DNA of 64,000 nucleotides, from NCBI GenBank assembly GCA_963668025.2, contig CAXXTH010000010.1:480001-544000 (forward strand), written 5' to 3'. The notes below the pieces were generated by a model. That model saw only the letters and a program-made list of their open reading frames with translations, was not told where the DNA came from and did not search any database. The stretch is from Candidatus Hydrogenedentota bacterium (GTDB taxonomy: Bacteria; Hydrogenedentota; Hydrogenedentia; Hydrogenedentales; SLHB01). This document shows positions 1-10,882 of this stretch, one piece after another (positions within the stretch are counted from its first letter, which is position 1; every line of letters starts with the position of its first letter). The translations under genes were made by a program, and so were the position numbers.

Positions 1-758
1 CCCATGATGAGCCCGGGCAACCGGCTGCGAACACGCGCTTCCAGCGCATCAATCATCGTATTGGCTTCCTCCATCGTGCGCGCACGCGCCGAAAGGCGGA
101 TGCGTACGGAGTCAGGATATGCCAGCAGGCCGATTTTAGGGTTATCGCTTTCCACGATGAGATCGCCAATAAGGGCGTCCACGCGCGATTCGCCGACGCC
201 GCACACATGCAGCACCCGGTAGTGGAGCACGCCTTCGATGCCCCATTTTTGGCGCATATAGGGGAGCACGCTGTCCGATAGCATGGCGTGCAGTTCGTGG
301 GGCACGCCAGGCATGCAGATAATGACGCCCCGCTTATCTTCGACAATGAGCCCCGGAGCCGTGCCGTTTGGATTCGGAATGGCGATGGCCCCGCGCGGCG
401 CATATGCCTGTTTGCGGTTGTTTTCCGTGATCGGCCGCCGGAAACGGGCAAACCGCTCCGCTAGCTGCTCATACAGCTCTTGGCGGAATTCCAGGGGGCG
501 TCCCGTTAATTCCGCGACGCATTCGCGGGTGATGTCATCTTCCGTAGGTCCAAGCCCGCCGCTCGTGAGCACTACATCGGCCCGGCTCAGGGCGTCCTCC
601 AACACGTGCCGAATCCGCTGCGGGTTGTCGCCCACCGTGGCTTTTTGGTATAAATTGATGCCATTTTCCGCTAGAATTTGGCCAATATAGGAGGCATTTG
701 TGTCTACAATTTGCCCTAAAAGCAGTTCCGTGCCTATCATGACAATCTCAGCATGCAT
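1..758 (-). CDS. cinA: Competence/damage-inducible protein CinA (molybdopterin-binding-like N-terminal part), truncated by the window edge
   Basis: Manual translation from ATG at 758: MHAEIVMIGTELLLGQIVDTNASYIGQILAENGINLYQKATVGDNP...VLTSGGLGPTEDDITRE, the CinA/COG1058 signature. Not in the ORF track because it runs off the edge. Confidence 0.9.
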   Translation of the reverse strand, partial: MHAEIVMIGTELLLGQIVDTNASYIGQILAENGINLYQKATVGDNPQRIRHVLEDALSRADVVLTSGGLGPTEDDITRECVAELTGRPLEFRQELYEQLAERFARFRRPITENNRKQAYAPRGAIAIPNPNGTAPGLIVEDKRGVIICMPGVPHELHAMLSDSVLPYMRQKWGIEGVLHYRVLHVCGVGESRVDALIGDLIVESDNPKIGLLAYPDSVRIRLSARARTMEEANTMIDALEARVRSRLPGLIM

Positions 759-973
759 GTATGAATATCTCCAATTTGCCCTGATGATCGTTTTAAGGGC
801 ATATTGTAACCACGCAGATGAAAAAGGCCAAATTTTACAGGCGTTGAAATTTTGCATTGACAAGCCGTGGCGGTAGAATGTTAGGTTATTGCAGGAATAG
901 CGTATAAACCGGACCGCAAGGAAATGCCGTCTAGGATTGTACTGAATCCGCCAATAAGTAAGCGGAATTTGCG

Positions 974-3900
974 GTGCTGGGTGACTATTTCTGGAGGATG
1001 GCGACGTGGGTGATTGCCCCGATGATTAGTATTATGAAATTCCTGCGCGGAAATGCCTCTGGCGAAGAAGGCCAGACTCCGCTGCATCATGCGGCCAGCG
1101 GGGGGCGCGCCGAAGAGGCCGCCCATCTACTTGCCCGCCGCGCCAATTGCAATGCGCAGGACCGCTCGGGCCGCACGCCTCTTCATCTCGCCGCCGCTCG
1201 AGGCGATGAAAACATAGCCCGCATCCTGCTTGATGCGGGCTCCAATGCGAATGTACAAGACGCCAAAGGCCGCGGCCCCCTTCATGAAGCCACTTTTGGG
1301 GGCCATGGCGAAACCGTACGGCTTCTCCTCGAACGTGGCGCTCTGCCGGATATATGTGATGCAAGCGGGTACACACCTCTCTACGTAGCCGCCAGTTTAG
1401 GCCATCGCGGCATTCTTTCCTTGCTCATCGAAAAAGGCGCCAATGTGAACCGGCGCGACGCCGATGGGTTTACGGCATTGCACGGAGCCGCCGATAAAGG
1501 GTCCGTGGATATTCTCGCGGAGTTATTGGACGCGGGGGCCGACATCGAAAACGCGGACCGGACCGGCATGACCGCGCTGGCCTGGGCGGCACACAGCGGC
1601 CATGGCCCCGCCGTGCGTTTGCTGCTCGAAAAAGGCGCGCAAGCCAGCTCCGTGGACCGGGAAGGCGCTGCTCCGCTCCATCATGCCGCCTCGGAAGGGC
1701 ATCTTGATGTAATCCGTATTTTGTTCGAATATGGTGCTCTTCCAAATGCAGCCATGAAAAATGGCAAAACCGCCCTATTCATCGCCGCATGCAACAGCAA
1801 CGTAGAGGCCGCCGCTTTGTTGCTGGATGCGGGTGCCTCTCCCGATTTGCTCGATGAAAACCATCGTTCTCCGTTATATATGGCCGCCCGAAATGGCCAC
1901 GCCGCCATGGCCCAATTGTTGCTCGAAAAAGGCGCACGTGAAAGCATCGAGGACAAAAATGGATGGAGCCCCCTGTACATCGCCGCTAAAAACGGCCATT
2001 CGCCCTGTGTGGAACTGCTGATCAAGCGGGGTTTCGGCTCCTTGTATACAGCCGCCTCACAGGGCAACCGCGAAGTCCTTGCTTTGTTGCTCGATAAAGG
2101 CATGGACATCAATGTGCGGAGCGAACAAGGATGCACCCCTCTTCATATGGCGGCGTTTGAGGGGCATATGGAGGCTGCGGCGCTTCTACTGGGATTGGGC
2201 GCATCACTAAACGCTGAAGACAATGAAGGACGCCGCCCCCTTCATTTGGCTGCCTTGGCCGGCCGCACCAATATCGTCGCCCTTTTTGAAGAACACAATG
2301 TGGATGTGAACGCCCGCGATCCGCACGGCCGCACGGCTCTTCATAATGCTGCGGCGGAAGGCCATATAGAAGCCGCTGAACTCCTGCTCGAACGGGGTGC
2401 GAATCTCGATGCCCGCGATGAAGAATCGCGCACGCCCCTTCATTACGCCATCGAAGCGGAGCAGCTCGAATTCGCCGGTTTTTTGCTTCAGCGCGGCGCG
2501 GACGCCAACGCCAAGGACCGGCATGGGTGGAGCCCGTTATTTCAGGAAGCATATGCTGGGCGCGCCGCTTCCGTGCGCCTGCTGCTCGAAGGCAAGACGG
2601 ATCCCAATACACGCAACCACGATGCGTGTTCCGCGTTGCATGTCGCCGCCGCCCATGGGCATGACGATGTAGTAAAACTGCTCTTGGACAACGAAGCAGA
2701 CATCGAAATCAAGGATCGCAACGGCCATACTCCCCTGCATATCCAAGCAGAGATTGGAAGCACCGGAATGGCCGCCTTGTTGCTGGAACGGGGCGCTGAT
2801 CCCAATTGCCGCAACAACGAAGGGCATACGCCCCTGCATACCGCAGCCAGCGAAGGGCGCGCCAGCGTGGCCCGGCAGCTTCTCGAATCAGGCGCGGAAG
2901 CTAACGCCCGCGCCACGGATTCCTTCACGCCCCTCCACCTCGCCGCAATGAATGACTCCTTAGAAGCGGCCGCCCTGCTGATTCGTAATCAAGCGGAAAT
3001 GGAGCCGCGCGACGCCAATGGCCGTTCCCCGCTTTTCTTAGCCGCAGCCAATGGGCGCGCGGATATGGCGCGCATGTTGCTCGAGCTTGGAGCCCAGGCC
3101 AATACGAAAGACAGCAATGGCACCTCGCCGCTCCACCTCGCCGCCGCCAGGGGCGATGCCGGTATCGCGGCTATTTTGCTCGAGGCGGGCGCATCCGCCG
3201 ATGACCACGACGAAACCGGGCTGTCGCCGTTGCACCATGCCGCGAACAACGGCCAATTAGAGGTGATGGCCCTCCTGCTTCGTGCAGGTGCGGCTCCGAG
3301 CGCCGTGGACCCCGCCGGGCGCACGCTGCTCTATGCCGCCGCGCGCAGCGGAAATACGGCGGTAGTGGATTTGCTGCTGGCGCAGGGGCTTGATATCAAC
3401 AGGACCGGCCCGCAAGGCGCGACGGCGCTGCTCGACGCCGTAGCGGAAAGCCAGGCTGCCGCTGCGGCCGTGTTGCTGGAAAGAGGCGCGCAAGTAGACG
3501 CCCGCGATGTGGATGGCGCGACGGCCCTCTGCGTGGCGGCCCGGACGGGATGCGATACGCTCGCGTCGTTGCTGCTGGCGCATGGCGCGGACGGCGCCAC
3601 CATGGACCAATCAAAACGTACGCCGCTGCATATCGCGGCGGCGCTGGGGCATGCCGCCGTAGTGCGCGTCCTGCTCGAACACGGTTTTGGCCCGGACTTC
3701 CCAGGCCCGCAGGGCGCTACGCCCTTGCATATCGCCGCCCAAACCGGCGACGCCGCCATCATGGAGTTGCTTCTCGCCGCAGGCGCGGACCCGTATGCGC
3801 ATGATGAGCAGGGCGAAACTCCCCTCCATGCCGCCGCACGCCAAACCCAGCACGAATCCCTGCGCTTGCTGCTCAAGCATGGCGCGGACGCCAACAGGCC

Positions 3901-5084
3901 CGGCGATGATGGGCTGCCGTTCTTTTATGAAATCGCCCAGGAAGGCTTCACGGAAGCAGCGAAGCTGCTGATACGCCTTGGAGCGGATCCGAATATACGC
4001 CTTCCCGATGGCTCCACCTTGCTCGCATACGCCATCCGCCATCAGCAAACCGGCGCGACCCAATTTCTCCTCGAAAACGGCGCGGATCCAAATGAGCCAG
4101 ACGCCGCGGGCTTGTCCCCCTCTGCATCTGGCGGCCATGCAAGGCCTGCGCGAGATTGCCGGGCTCCTAAAACAATATGGCGCTAATCTCCACGCCACCG
4201 GCGGCGCAGGTTATACGCCCCTTCACTTCGCCGCACAGAGCGGCCATTTCGGCGTCGTCGAGATCTTGTGCGCCGATGATTCGGACACCAATGTGCGCAA
4301 CGCCGAAGGGCGGACGCCTCTGCATGAAGCCGTGCGCCGCTGCGACCGGGAAGCCGTGGCCTTCCTTTGCGCCCATGGGGCCGATTTGAACACCCGAAAT
4401 CTGGATGGCGGCACGCCGCTCCATGAAGCGGTTTGCCTGGGCCACGTGGAGCTGGCGGAGCAACTGTGCCGCGCGGGAGCCACGGTGGACGCCCGCGATA
4501 ATACGCAGCGGACGCCTCTCATTGAAGCCGCCAAGCAGAATAATATCGCCATACTCGAAGTGCTATGCGCATATGGGGCCGACGTAAACGCCTGTGACGG
4601 CAATGGCAGGACTCCATTACACGAAGCCGCCCGGGGAGGCTCGCAGTCCAGCGCGCTTTTTCTACTCGAACATGGCGCACACCTGAACGCCGCCGACCGG
4701 AATGGGTGGACCCCGCTGCATATTGCGTCATTCGAAGCCCATATGGATGTCGCCGTTCTCTTCTTATCGCATGGCCCAAATGTAAACGCCATGTCCAGCG
4801 ACAGCCGCACTCCGCTGGCGATAGCCGCGGGCAGAGGCCATATTAAACTCATGCGGCTGCTTCTATCGGCTGGCGCTAAAATAAATATGCATGGCCCCGA
4901 CGGATGGACCGCCCTTCATTGGGCGGCGAAAAATGGCTACGCGCAGGCTGCGCTGTTGCTGCTTGCCAACGGTGCGGACCCAATGGCCCGGGGCTCCGAT
5001 GGATATACGGCGGAAACGCGCGCGGCGAAAGAAGGGCACGAGGGCCTCGCGCGCCAGTTACAAAAATTCCAAGAAACCGCCTAA
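974..5084 (+). CDS. Giant ankyrin-repeat protein (~1350 aa, roughly 40 repeats), split by a +1 frameshift at ~4116-4120
   Basis: ORFs 974-4186 and 3978-5084 consist of G-x-TPLH-x-AA-xx-G...LL-xx-GA repeats. Removing one C from C5 at 4116-4120 restores GLSPLHLAAMQG and fuses them. The start may be at 998, 1022 or 1034. Confidence 0.88.
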
Positions 5085-5125
5085 ATAAACGCAGGCGGAT
5101 GAATGCATGCGCCTTCACAAGGTAT

Positions 5126-5154
5126 TTGCAACCTTGCATGCCTTGCGTTATACT
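5126..5154 (+). promoter_or_regulatory. Putative sigma-70 promoter
   Basis: TTGCAA-N17-TATACT upstream of the CDS at 5318. Confidence 0.45.
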
Positions 5155-5317
5155 GGCGGCGTGAAGATAGTTCCGGTTTTTCGGAGATGAGTCTTCGGTT
5201 TTTATGCAAGATAGGGGGATGTCTGGCGGGGGAGGGCCTGCCGCCGGGAATGCATCCCAGCGCATTTTTTGGGCCAAGGGGGCCCTCGGGAAGCGGTTCA
5301 TAAGGAGGCTAATCCAC

Positions 5318-6094
5318 ATGAGTACAAGTAAGAACAGCAGTCGCCCCGCGCCGGCCCGTACGGCACTCGAATCCATTGCCGCGGATATTACACAGCGCGT
5401 ACGCGAAACCCGCGAAAAAATCACCGAGTTGGAGAAATCCCGCGCGGCGCTGGCGGCCTTGATTGACAGCCGCATCAAGAATGGCGCTTTGTACGGGGCA
5501 TCATATCCAGCCGAGGCGCGCGAAGTAGACCGCGCGGAGCTTTCCCGGCGCGATAAAGAGCTCGAGGACCTCGTGCAGATGGCGGGCGTGTTGCAGCTCG
5601 AACTTCGCCGCCTCGACCGCGAACTTGCTCTCGTTGGCATGACCGAGCACGTGACGGAACTCGAAAACATCAACACCAAAGTCGGCCCTCTCGGCGTGGA
5701 TCTCATCAAAAGCTGGAATCATATGCTGGAGACCATTGTGGACCTAGTCGAGCTGAATGAAACGCACCAGCGCACCCGCGCCCGGCATAAACAGGATGCG
5801 GAAGACTTTGAACGGGAATACGGCGAGCCGTGCGCCATGCTCCCCGGCGGCACCATTCCGCAAGACGCCGCCCTCGCCATGGATGTCTTCGAGTTCTGGG
5901 ATCATGCCCGCGAAATATTCAAAGGCCTGCCTTCTCCCGATATCACGCGCAAAGCCAGCCTGAATTTGGCTGAATATTCCCTGCTGCGCGTGTATGACGC
6001 GAAACAAAAACAATCGGCGGCCGCCCCTGTCGAGCGCGCAAGCGAGGAAGCGGCGGACATTGCCGCGCCAGCGGAAGCCGTACCAACCGAATAA
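5318..6094 (+). CDS. Hypothetical helical/coiled-coil protein (258 aa)
   Basis: Strong RBS TAAGGAGG at 5301-5308 before ATG 5318; heptad-like helical sequence; followed by a terminator. Confidence 0.75.
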   Translation: MSTSKNSSRPAPARTALESIAADITQRVRETREKITELEKSRAALAALIDSRIKNGALYGASYPAEAREVDRAELSRRDKELEDLVQMAGVLQLELRRLDRELALVGMTEHVTELENINTKVGPLGVDLIKSWNHMLETIVDLVELNETHQRTRARHKQDAEDFEREYGEPCAMLPGGTIPQDAALAMDVFEFWDHAREIFKGLPSPDITRKASLNLAEYSLLRVYDAKQKQSAAAPVERASEEAADIAAPAEAVPTE

Positions 6095-6148
6095 CCGTAC
6101 AGATTGCACGCCAGCCTATTCGCTGGGCGCGTAAAAGAATGCTTAAGG

Positions 6149-6185
6149 CTCCGTTCGCGTGGCAGCGCCCGCGAACGGAGTTTTT
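6149..6185 (+). terminator. Rho-independent terminator (target of the group IIC intron)
   Basis: Perfect 11-bp stem CTCCGTTCGCG / CGCGAACGGAG followed by TTTTT. Confidence 0.85.
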
Positions 6186-8079
6186 GTGTGCCAAGCATGG
6201 CGCGGATCTAAGGGGTGTAAGTCCCCTGCAAGCCCTGATGGTGGGAATTGCTAGCCAAGAGCAAGGGCGTCGCCGCGAGGCGGGGTCTGGAGGAAGCAGG
6301 AGGCAAAAGTCGGACTCGACGCACAGAAACCGGATAGAAGGCCGGGGTGGCGGGGCAAGCCAGCAATGGATGGCGACGCCCAATAACCATTCGGACACAC
6401 ACCTTGGTAAATCCGGCGAGGCCCGGCGGAAAGAGGCGCGTCTTACCTTGGGAGACCTGTTCATCTGTCTGGAAGAGCCAGACTAGCGGGATGGCAACAT
6501 GTCGCGAGGGGTGGGCAGGAGTCAGCCGAGGCCATAATACCCGCAAGGGGAAGGGCCGAATCGATCATTCAAGGAGCAGCATTGAACGTCTCGTGGGATA
6601 GGGAGCGGCAGGAAGTAGCAGGTTGCCAGATGGAGTTCCCACTGGAGTCGGCTTGCCACGGCGCAATCGGAGAAGGCGGAACCGAATCGGATGCGTTCGA
6701 GGCGCGGCAACTATCCCCGGCGGCGAACAAGAGGCGAGCCTTGACGCAAGACTTGATGGAACGGGTCGCGAGTCTTGCGAACCTGACGGAAGCGGTACGC
6801 CGGGTGCAACGGAACAAAGGCGCGGCGGGTGCGGACGGCATGAGCGTACGCGACCTGAAGCGTTGGTTTCCGGAACACTGGCGGGGACTGCAAGAGGAAC
6901 TGACGGCAGGGCGCTACCGTCCCCAACCGGTGTTGGGAGTGCAAATCCCCAAGCCGGGCGGGGGGATGCGGCAACTGGGCATTCCGACGGTGGTGGACCG
7001 AGTCGTGCAACAAGCGCTCTTGCAGGCTCTCGAACCGCTTCTAGACCCGGCCTTCTCGGAAAGCAGTTATGGATTTCGTCCAAGGCACAATGCACATCAG
7101 GCGCTGCGGCAAGCCAGCACGTACGTAAGCGAAGGCCGCTGCATTGTTGTGGACATGGACCTGGAAAAATTCTTCGACCGGGTCAACCACGACATCCTGA
7201 TGGCGCGCGTGGCGCGGCACGTGTCAGACAAACGCGTACTCCGACTCATCCGCTGGTTTCTTGAAGTCGGCATGATGCAGAACGGCGTATGCATCGAACG
7301 ATACGAAGGGACCCCGCAAGGCGGTCCTCTATCGCCGCTGCTGGCCAACCTGCTCTTGGACGACCTGGACAAGGAGTTGGAGAAACGAGGGCATCGTTTT
7401 TGCCGCTATGCGGACGACTGCAACATTTACGTGCAGACGATACGCGCGGGAGAACGTGTCCTGACATCGGTCACGCAGTTCCTTGAGGGGAAGCTGAAAC
7501 TACGGGTGAACCGCGAGAAGAGCGCGGTGGCGTTCGTGGGAGAGCGGAAATTTTTGGGTTATCGCTTGCTGGGTGGGGGGCGATTGGGCATCGCGCCCAA
7601 GAGCCTCGACCGGGCGAAAGACCGCATCCGCGACATCACGCGACGCAACCGCGGCGACGCCAAAGTGCGCCAGATGATTGAGGAGCTCAACAGCTTCCTG
7701 AGCGGCTGGATAACCTACTATCGGTTTGCCGAAGCAAAGGGCCATCTGGAACGCCTCGGGGAATGGATGCGGCGCAAACTGCGCTGCGTCATCCTCAAAC
7801 GCCTCAAGCGCACGAAAACCATAGCGGACTTCCTTAGAAAACTAGGCGTGCCGCAATTTCAGGCGTGGATACTCGCAGGGTCCGGGAAGGGCTGGTGGCG
7901 CAAAGCGGGGAGTCCTCCCGCGCAACACGCCATGGACAAACAATGGTTCGCGAAACAAAAACTGATAGACCCGGTTCAACGGTACGAAACGTTCAAAAAT
8001 GACCGAAACCGCCGTGGTACCGAGCAGGTATGCCCGGTGGTGTGAGAGGGGGGGACCGTGAGGAACCCCCCTACTCGAT
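6186..8079 (+). mobile_element. Group II intron, class C (IIC), apparently complete (1894 nt)
   Basis: 5' end GTGTG at 6186 immediately after the terminator; domain V GAAACCGCCGTGGTACCGAGCAGGTATGCCCGGTGGTGT with CGC triad; domain VI ends ...CCTACTCGAT at 8079; internal RT ORF. Confidence 0.92.
6582..8045 (+). CDS. ltrA: Group II intron reverse transcriptase/maturase, no endonuclease domain
   Basis: RQLGIPTVVDRVVQQA, SYGFRP, DMDLEKFFDRV, GTPQGGPLSPLLAN and YADD motifs; class C-type C-terminus SGKGWWR. The true start may lie further downstream. Confidence 0.95.
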   Translation: MNVSWDRERQEVAGCQMEFPLESACHGAIGEGGTESDAFEARQLSPAANKRRALTQDLMERVASLANLTEAVRRVQRNKGAAGADGMSVRDLKRWFPEHWRGLQEELTAGRYRPQPVLGVQIPKPGGGMRQLGIPTVVDRVVQQALLQALEPLLDPAFSESSYGFRPRHNAHQALRQASTYVSEGRCIVVDMDLEKFFDRVNHDILMARVARHVSDKRVLRLIRWFLEVGMMQNGVCIERYEGTPQGGPLSPLLANLLLDDLDKELEKRGHRFCRYADDCNIYVQTIRAGERVLTSVTQFLEGKLKLRVNREKSAVAFVGERKFLGYRLLGGGRLGIAPKSLDRAKDRIRDITRRNRGDAKVRQMIEELNSFLSGWITYYRFAEAKGHLERLGEWMRRKLRCVILKRLKRTKTIADFLRKLGVPQFQAWILAGSGKGWWRKAGSPPAQHAMDKQWFAKQKLIDPVQRYETFKNDRNRRGTEQVCPVV

Positions 8080-8137
8080 TTCATATGCCCGCATTGCAAC
8101 ACACAGCGCAGCACGGTACCATGAATGAAGCACGCAA

Positions 8138-10168
8138 TTGCGGATGAGAAGGGGTATGGAATCCATGGATACGACACGTTGCAGCCAATGCGGCCATACC
8201 ATCACGGCAGGCCAGATTGCCTGCTCGAAATGCGGCGCGTCCGTTGCCGGCGGCGATGCCCAAGCGGCAGGGCGCTCTCCATCCCCCTCGGAGCCGAACC
8301 TCACCCCTTCTTTTACACTACAGCCCAACCAAGTCCTGGCCAATCGCTACCAAGTCATACGCCTGATCGGCCGGGGCGGGATGGGCGCTATCTATTTGGC
8401 GCATGATCGTGTGTTGAATGAACCGGTGGCCCTCAAAACGCTGCTGCCGCAATTCGCGCGTGAAAAAACCATCGTCGAGCGCTTCTACAATGAAGCGCGC
8501 ATCGCACGGCAGCTTTCCCATCCCAATATCGTGCGGGTGCATGATATTGGCATGGCCAGCCAAATCATGTATCTCTCGATGGAATATGTCGAGGGCAAAT
8601 CCTTGCGGGCGCTCCTCGAACAATCCGGCCGGGGGCTTCCTGCCGCATACGCCATGGAAGTGCTGCGACAGCTCTGCGCGGGCCTCGGCTACGCCCATCG
8701 CTACACGGTCCACCGCGACATCAAGCCCGAAAACGTCATGATCGCCAAAAACGGCGCGGTCAAACTCATGGATTTCGGCATATCGAAGCTTCGGGGAAAC
8801 CCGGGCCTTACCGTGGCCTCCATGGTCATGGGAACGCCGCAATATATGCCACCCGAGCAATTCCGGGATAGCGCCGCCGTGGATGCCCGCGCGGATATCT
8901 ACAGCCTCGGCGTATTGCTTTATGAAATGCTGACCGGCGCGCTGCCTTCTGGCATGGCGAAACCAGCCTCCCAACTCGCGCCGGGCGCGCCACCCGCAAT
9001 TGACGCCATCATAGCCAAATGCCTCGAATTTGAACCGGGCGCACGATACCAGAGCGCTCAAGAATTGGCGGCGGCGCTGGAGGAATCCCGCCAAAACGTG
9101 GAGCCCGTTCACCTAGAAGCCGAAACCTCCCCTCCGCCCGTCCGAAGCTCCGGCCTTCTCCGCCGAATGGCGGGCGCGGCGTTTTTGATTGTACTCTTGG
9201 CTGGAACAGGTTTTGGCTTATGGCGCTTATTAGGCGCTACGCCGCCTGCGGCGGCAACGCAAGGCCAGCAGATGAATGCCGCCCCGAGCGCGCCCGCCGA
9301 ATCCGAGCCATCCAGTACGGATTGGGATTCGCTGGCGGATAAAGCGCAACTATTGGCATCTGCTTCAGCGGGCGCTTCTCCCGATATAGACGCCCTTCTG
9401 AACCGGGCATCGAATTTGCGCGCGTCCTTTCCCGCCCAGGCCTTGCAATGTTATCTGGGCGTGCTGCTTCGTCCCGCGGATGATTCCATGCCCTTCGTCC
9501 CGCCCGGCGTTGCCATGCTCCAAGAAGGAGCCGTCCAATGTGAGATCCCGGTCGATGGCTTTTTTATCACCCGGCGGCTTGTCGGCAATGCTTCCTATGT
9601 AACGTTCGCCCGCCAGATGCCCGGATTATGGCATGTGCCCTCCTATCTCCAAGGAGGAACGCTCGATGCGCTGGCAGGCTCCACACCGGTTGTATCCATC
9701 CCCTTTTATTACGCCCAAGGCTATGCCGCTGGATACGCGCAAGCATACGCGCAGGAATATGCCACGAATTTTAGGGCATGGGATGAACCCGTCCGCCGCC
9801 GTGGATTCGAGCTCCCTTCCGAAGCCCAGTGGGTTCTTGCCCTACAGGCCCAGCGCGAGGGCGTCTTGCAGCAGGTGGACATCGCCAGAGGAGAAATCGG
9901 CGAATGGACGCGAACGGTCTACGGCTCCTTGCCATACGGGCCCGCCGATGGGCGGGAAGACATCATCCGCTCCGATTTCGGTGCGCCCATGGTCGTCCGT
10001 GGTGTTGGGGCGGCCCCAGCCGAGGCGGCGTTTTCCCGCCTTTCGATGCCTTTCCAATCCACTTCCCCCCGTGTTGGTTTCCGATACATCAAATCCCTTC
10101 CGAATACGCCCCAAACGGTCCTCCGCATCCTTAACACCTTGCAGGACAGGAACAAAGCTTCCCGCTAA
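8138..10168 (+). CDS. Hanks-type Ser/Thr protein kinase with N-terminal zinc ribbon, a TM helix and a degenerate FGE-sulfatase-like C-terminal domain
   Basis: CSQC...CSKC; GRGGMG, VALK, HRDIKPEN, DFG and GTPQYM motifs; TM segment AAFLIVLLAGTGFGLW; ELPSEAQW, GEWT and VGFR resemble FGE/SUMF1 motifs. The start is probably at 8156 or 8165. Confidence 0.9.
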   Translation: MRMRRGMESMDTTRCSQCGHTITAGQIACSKCGASVAGGDAQAAGRSPSPSEPNLTPSFTLQPNQVLANRYQVIRLIGRGGMGAIYLAHDRVLNEPVALKTLLPQFAREKTIVERFYNEARIARQLSHPNIVRVHDIGMASQIMYLSMEYVEGKSLRALLEQSGRGLPAAYAMEVLRQLCAGLGYAHRYTVHRDIKPENVMIAKNGAVKLMDFGISKLRGNPGLTVASMVMGTPQYMPPEQFRDSAAVDARADIYSLGVLLYEMLTGALPSGMAKPASQLAPGAPPAIDAIIAKCLEFEPGARYQSAQELAAALEESRQNVEPVHLEAETSPPPVRSSGLLRRMAGAAFLIVLLAGTGFGLWRLLGATPPAAATQGQQMNAAPSAPAESEPSSTDWDSLADKAQLLASASAGASPDIDALLNRASNLRASFPAQALQCYLGVLLRPADDSMPFVPPGVAMLQEGAVQCEIPVDGFFITRRLVGNASYVTFARQMPGLWHVPSYLQGGTLDALAGSTPVVSIPFYYAQGYAAGYAQAYAQEYATNFRAWDEPVRRRGFELPSEAQWVLALQAQREGVLQQVDIARGEIGEWTRTVYGSLPYGPADGREDIIRSDFGAPMVVRGVGAAPAEAAFSRLSMPFQSTSPRVGFRYIKSLPNTPQTVLRILNTLQDRNKASR

Positions 10169-10310
10169 GCCCTCTCGGAAAGGTTCCGTCTGGCGCGAAA
10201 TGTAAAGAAATTTCGCTTGTATTTGACAGGGTGAAGGTCTTGAACTTAAAATTCATATAGCGGTGGTTGATGCCGCCATATGCGGCCGGCGCCTGGCGCC
10301 AGAGGTTATT

Positions 10311-10727
10311 ATGAAAGTTGTCCAGTGTCCTCACTGCGGAAGCTCCCGCTTGGTCACTTCCCCCGTTCCCAAGGACGTGGTGGTTGTTTTGCCGTGCCCA
10401 GACTGCCATGAATATGTCGTCATGTATCGCAATAAGGTCGTTGCCCTCAACCGGGCGATTCTTGACCAAGGATCGCGCGAGGAGCGTAAAGCGCATATTG
10501 CCGATATCGTGGAAGTCTTTTTGCCCCGTGGCATCTTTTCCGAATCCATGGAAGAAGCCGGTAATGACCATGACTCCGCCGAGGACACGGATGAGGAGCT
10601 CGATGAGGAAGAATCCGGGCTGGATTCTATCGAAGATCCTATCACCCAAGACGAATTCGACGAGTTTGTCCATATCCAGCTTCATAAAATCGATGACCCC
10701 GCATACTTCAAGAAATATTTCGGATGA
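10311..10727 (+). CDS. Small hypothetical protein with CxxC...CxxC zinc ribbon and acidic tract
   Basis: MKVVQCPHCG...LPCPDCHE; D/E-rich linker; RBS GAGG before ATG 10311. Confidence 0.75.
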   Translation: MKVVQCPHCGSSRLVTSPVPKDVVVVLPCPDCHEYVVMYRNKVVALNRAILDQGSREERKAHIADIVEVFLPRGIFSESMEEAGNDHDSAEDTDEELDEEESGLDSIEDPITQDEFDEFVHIQLHKIDDPAYFKKYFG

Positions 10728-10882
10728 GTGCCTGGCGGAAATAAACACGCGCTAAAGCCGCAAGCCATTGCAACACATGCGCTATTAAGAGAGAAGCTGG
10801 AAGGTGTTTCGTAGGGGGGGAGAGACAGGTTGTTTTTACCCAGTAAGATAGTTCCAGCCGCGCTAAACCGATAGGGGACAAT

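Noticed and set aside
4116-4120. Programmed frameshift or phase variation in the ankyrin gene
   Set aside because: Only C5 with no stimulatory signal, and similar +1 errors occur elsewhere in the window, so a sequencing error is more parsimonious.
6186-8079. Retron or defence-associated RT
   Set aside because: GTGYG start, domain V/VI and the maturase domain fully explain it as a group II intron.
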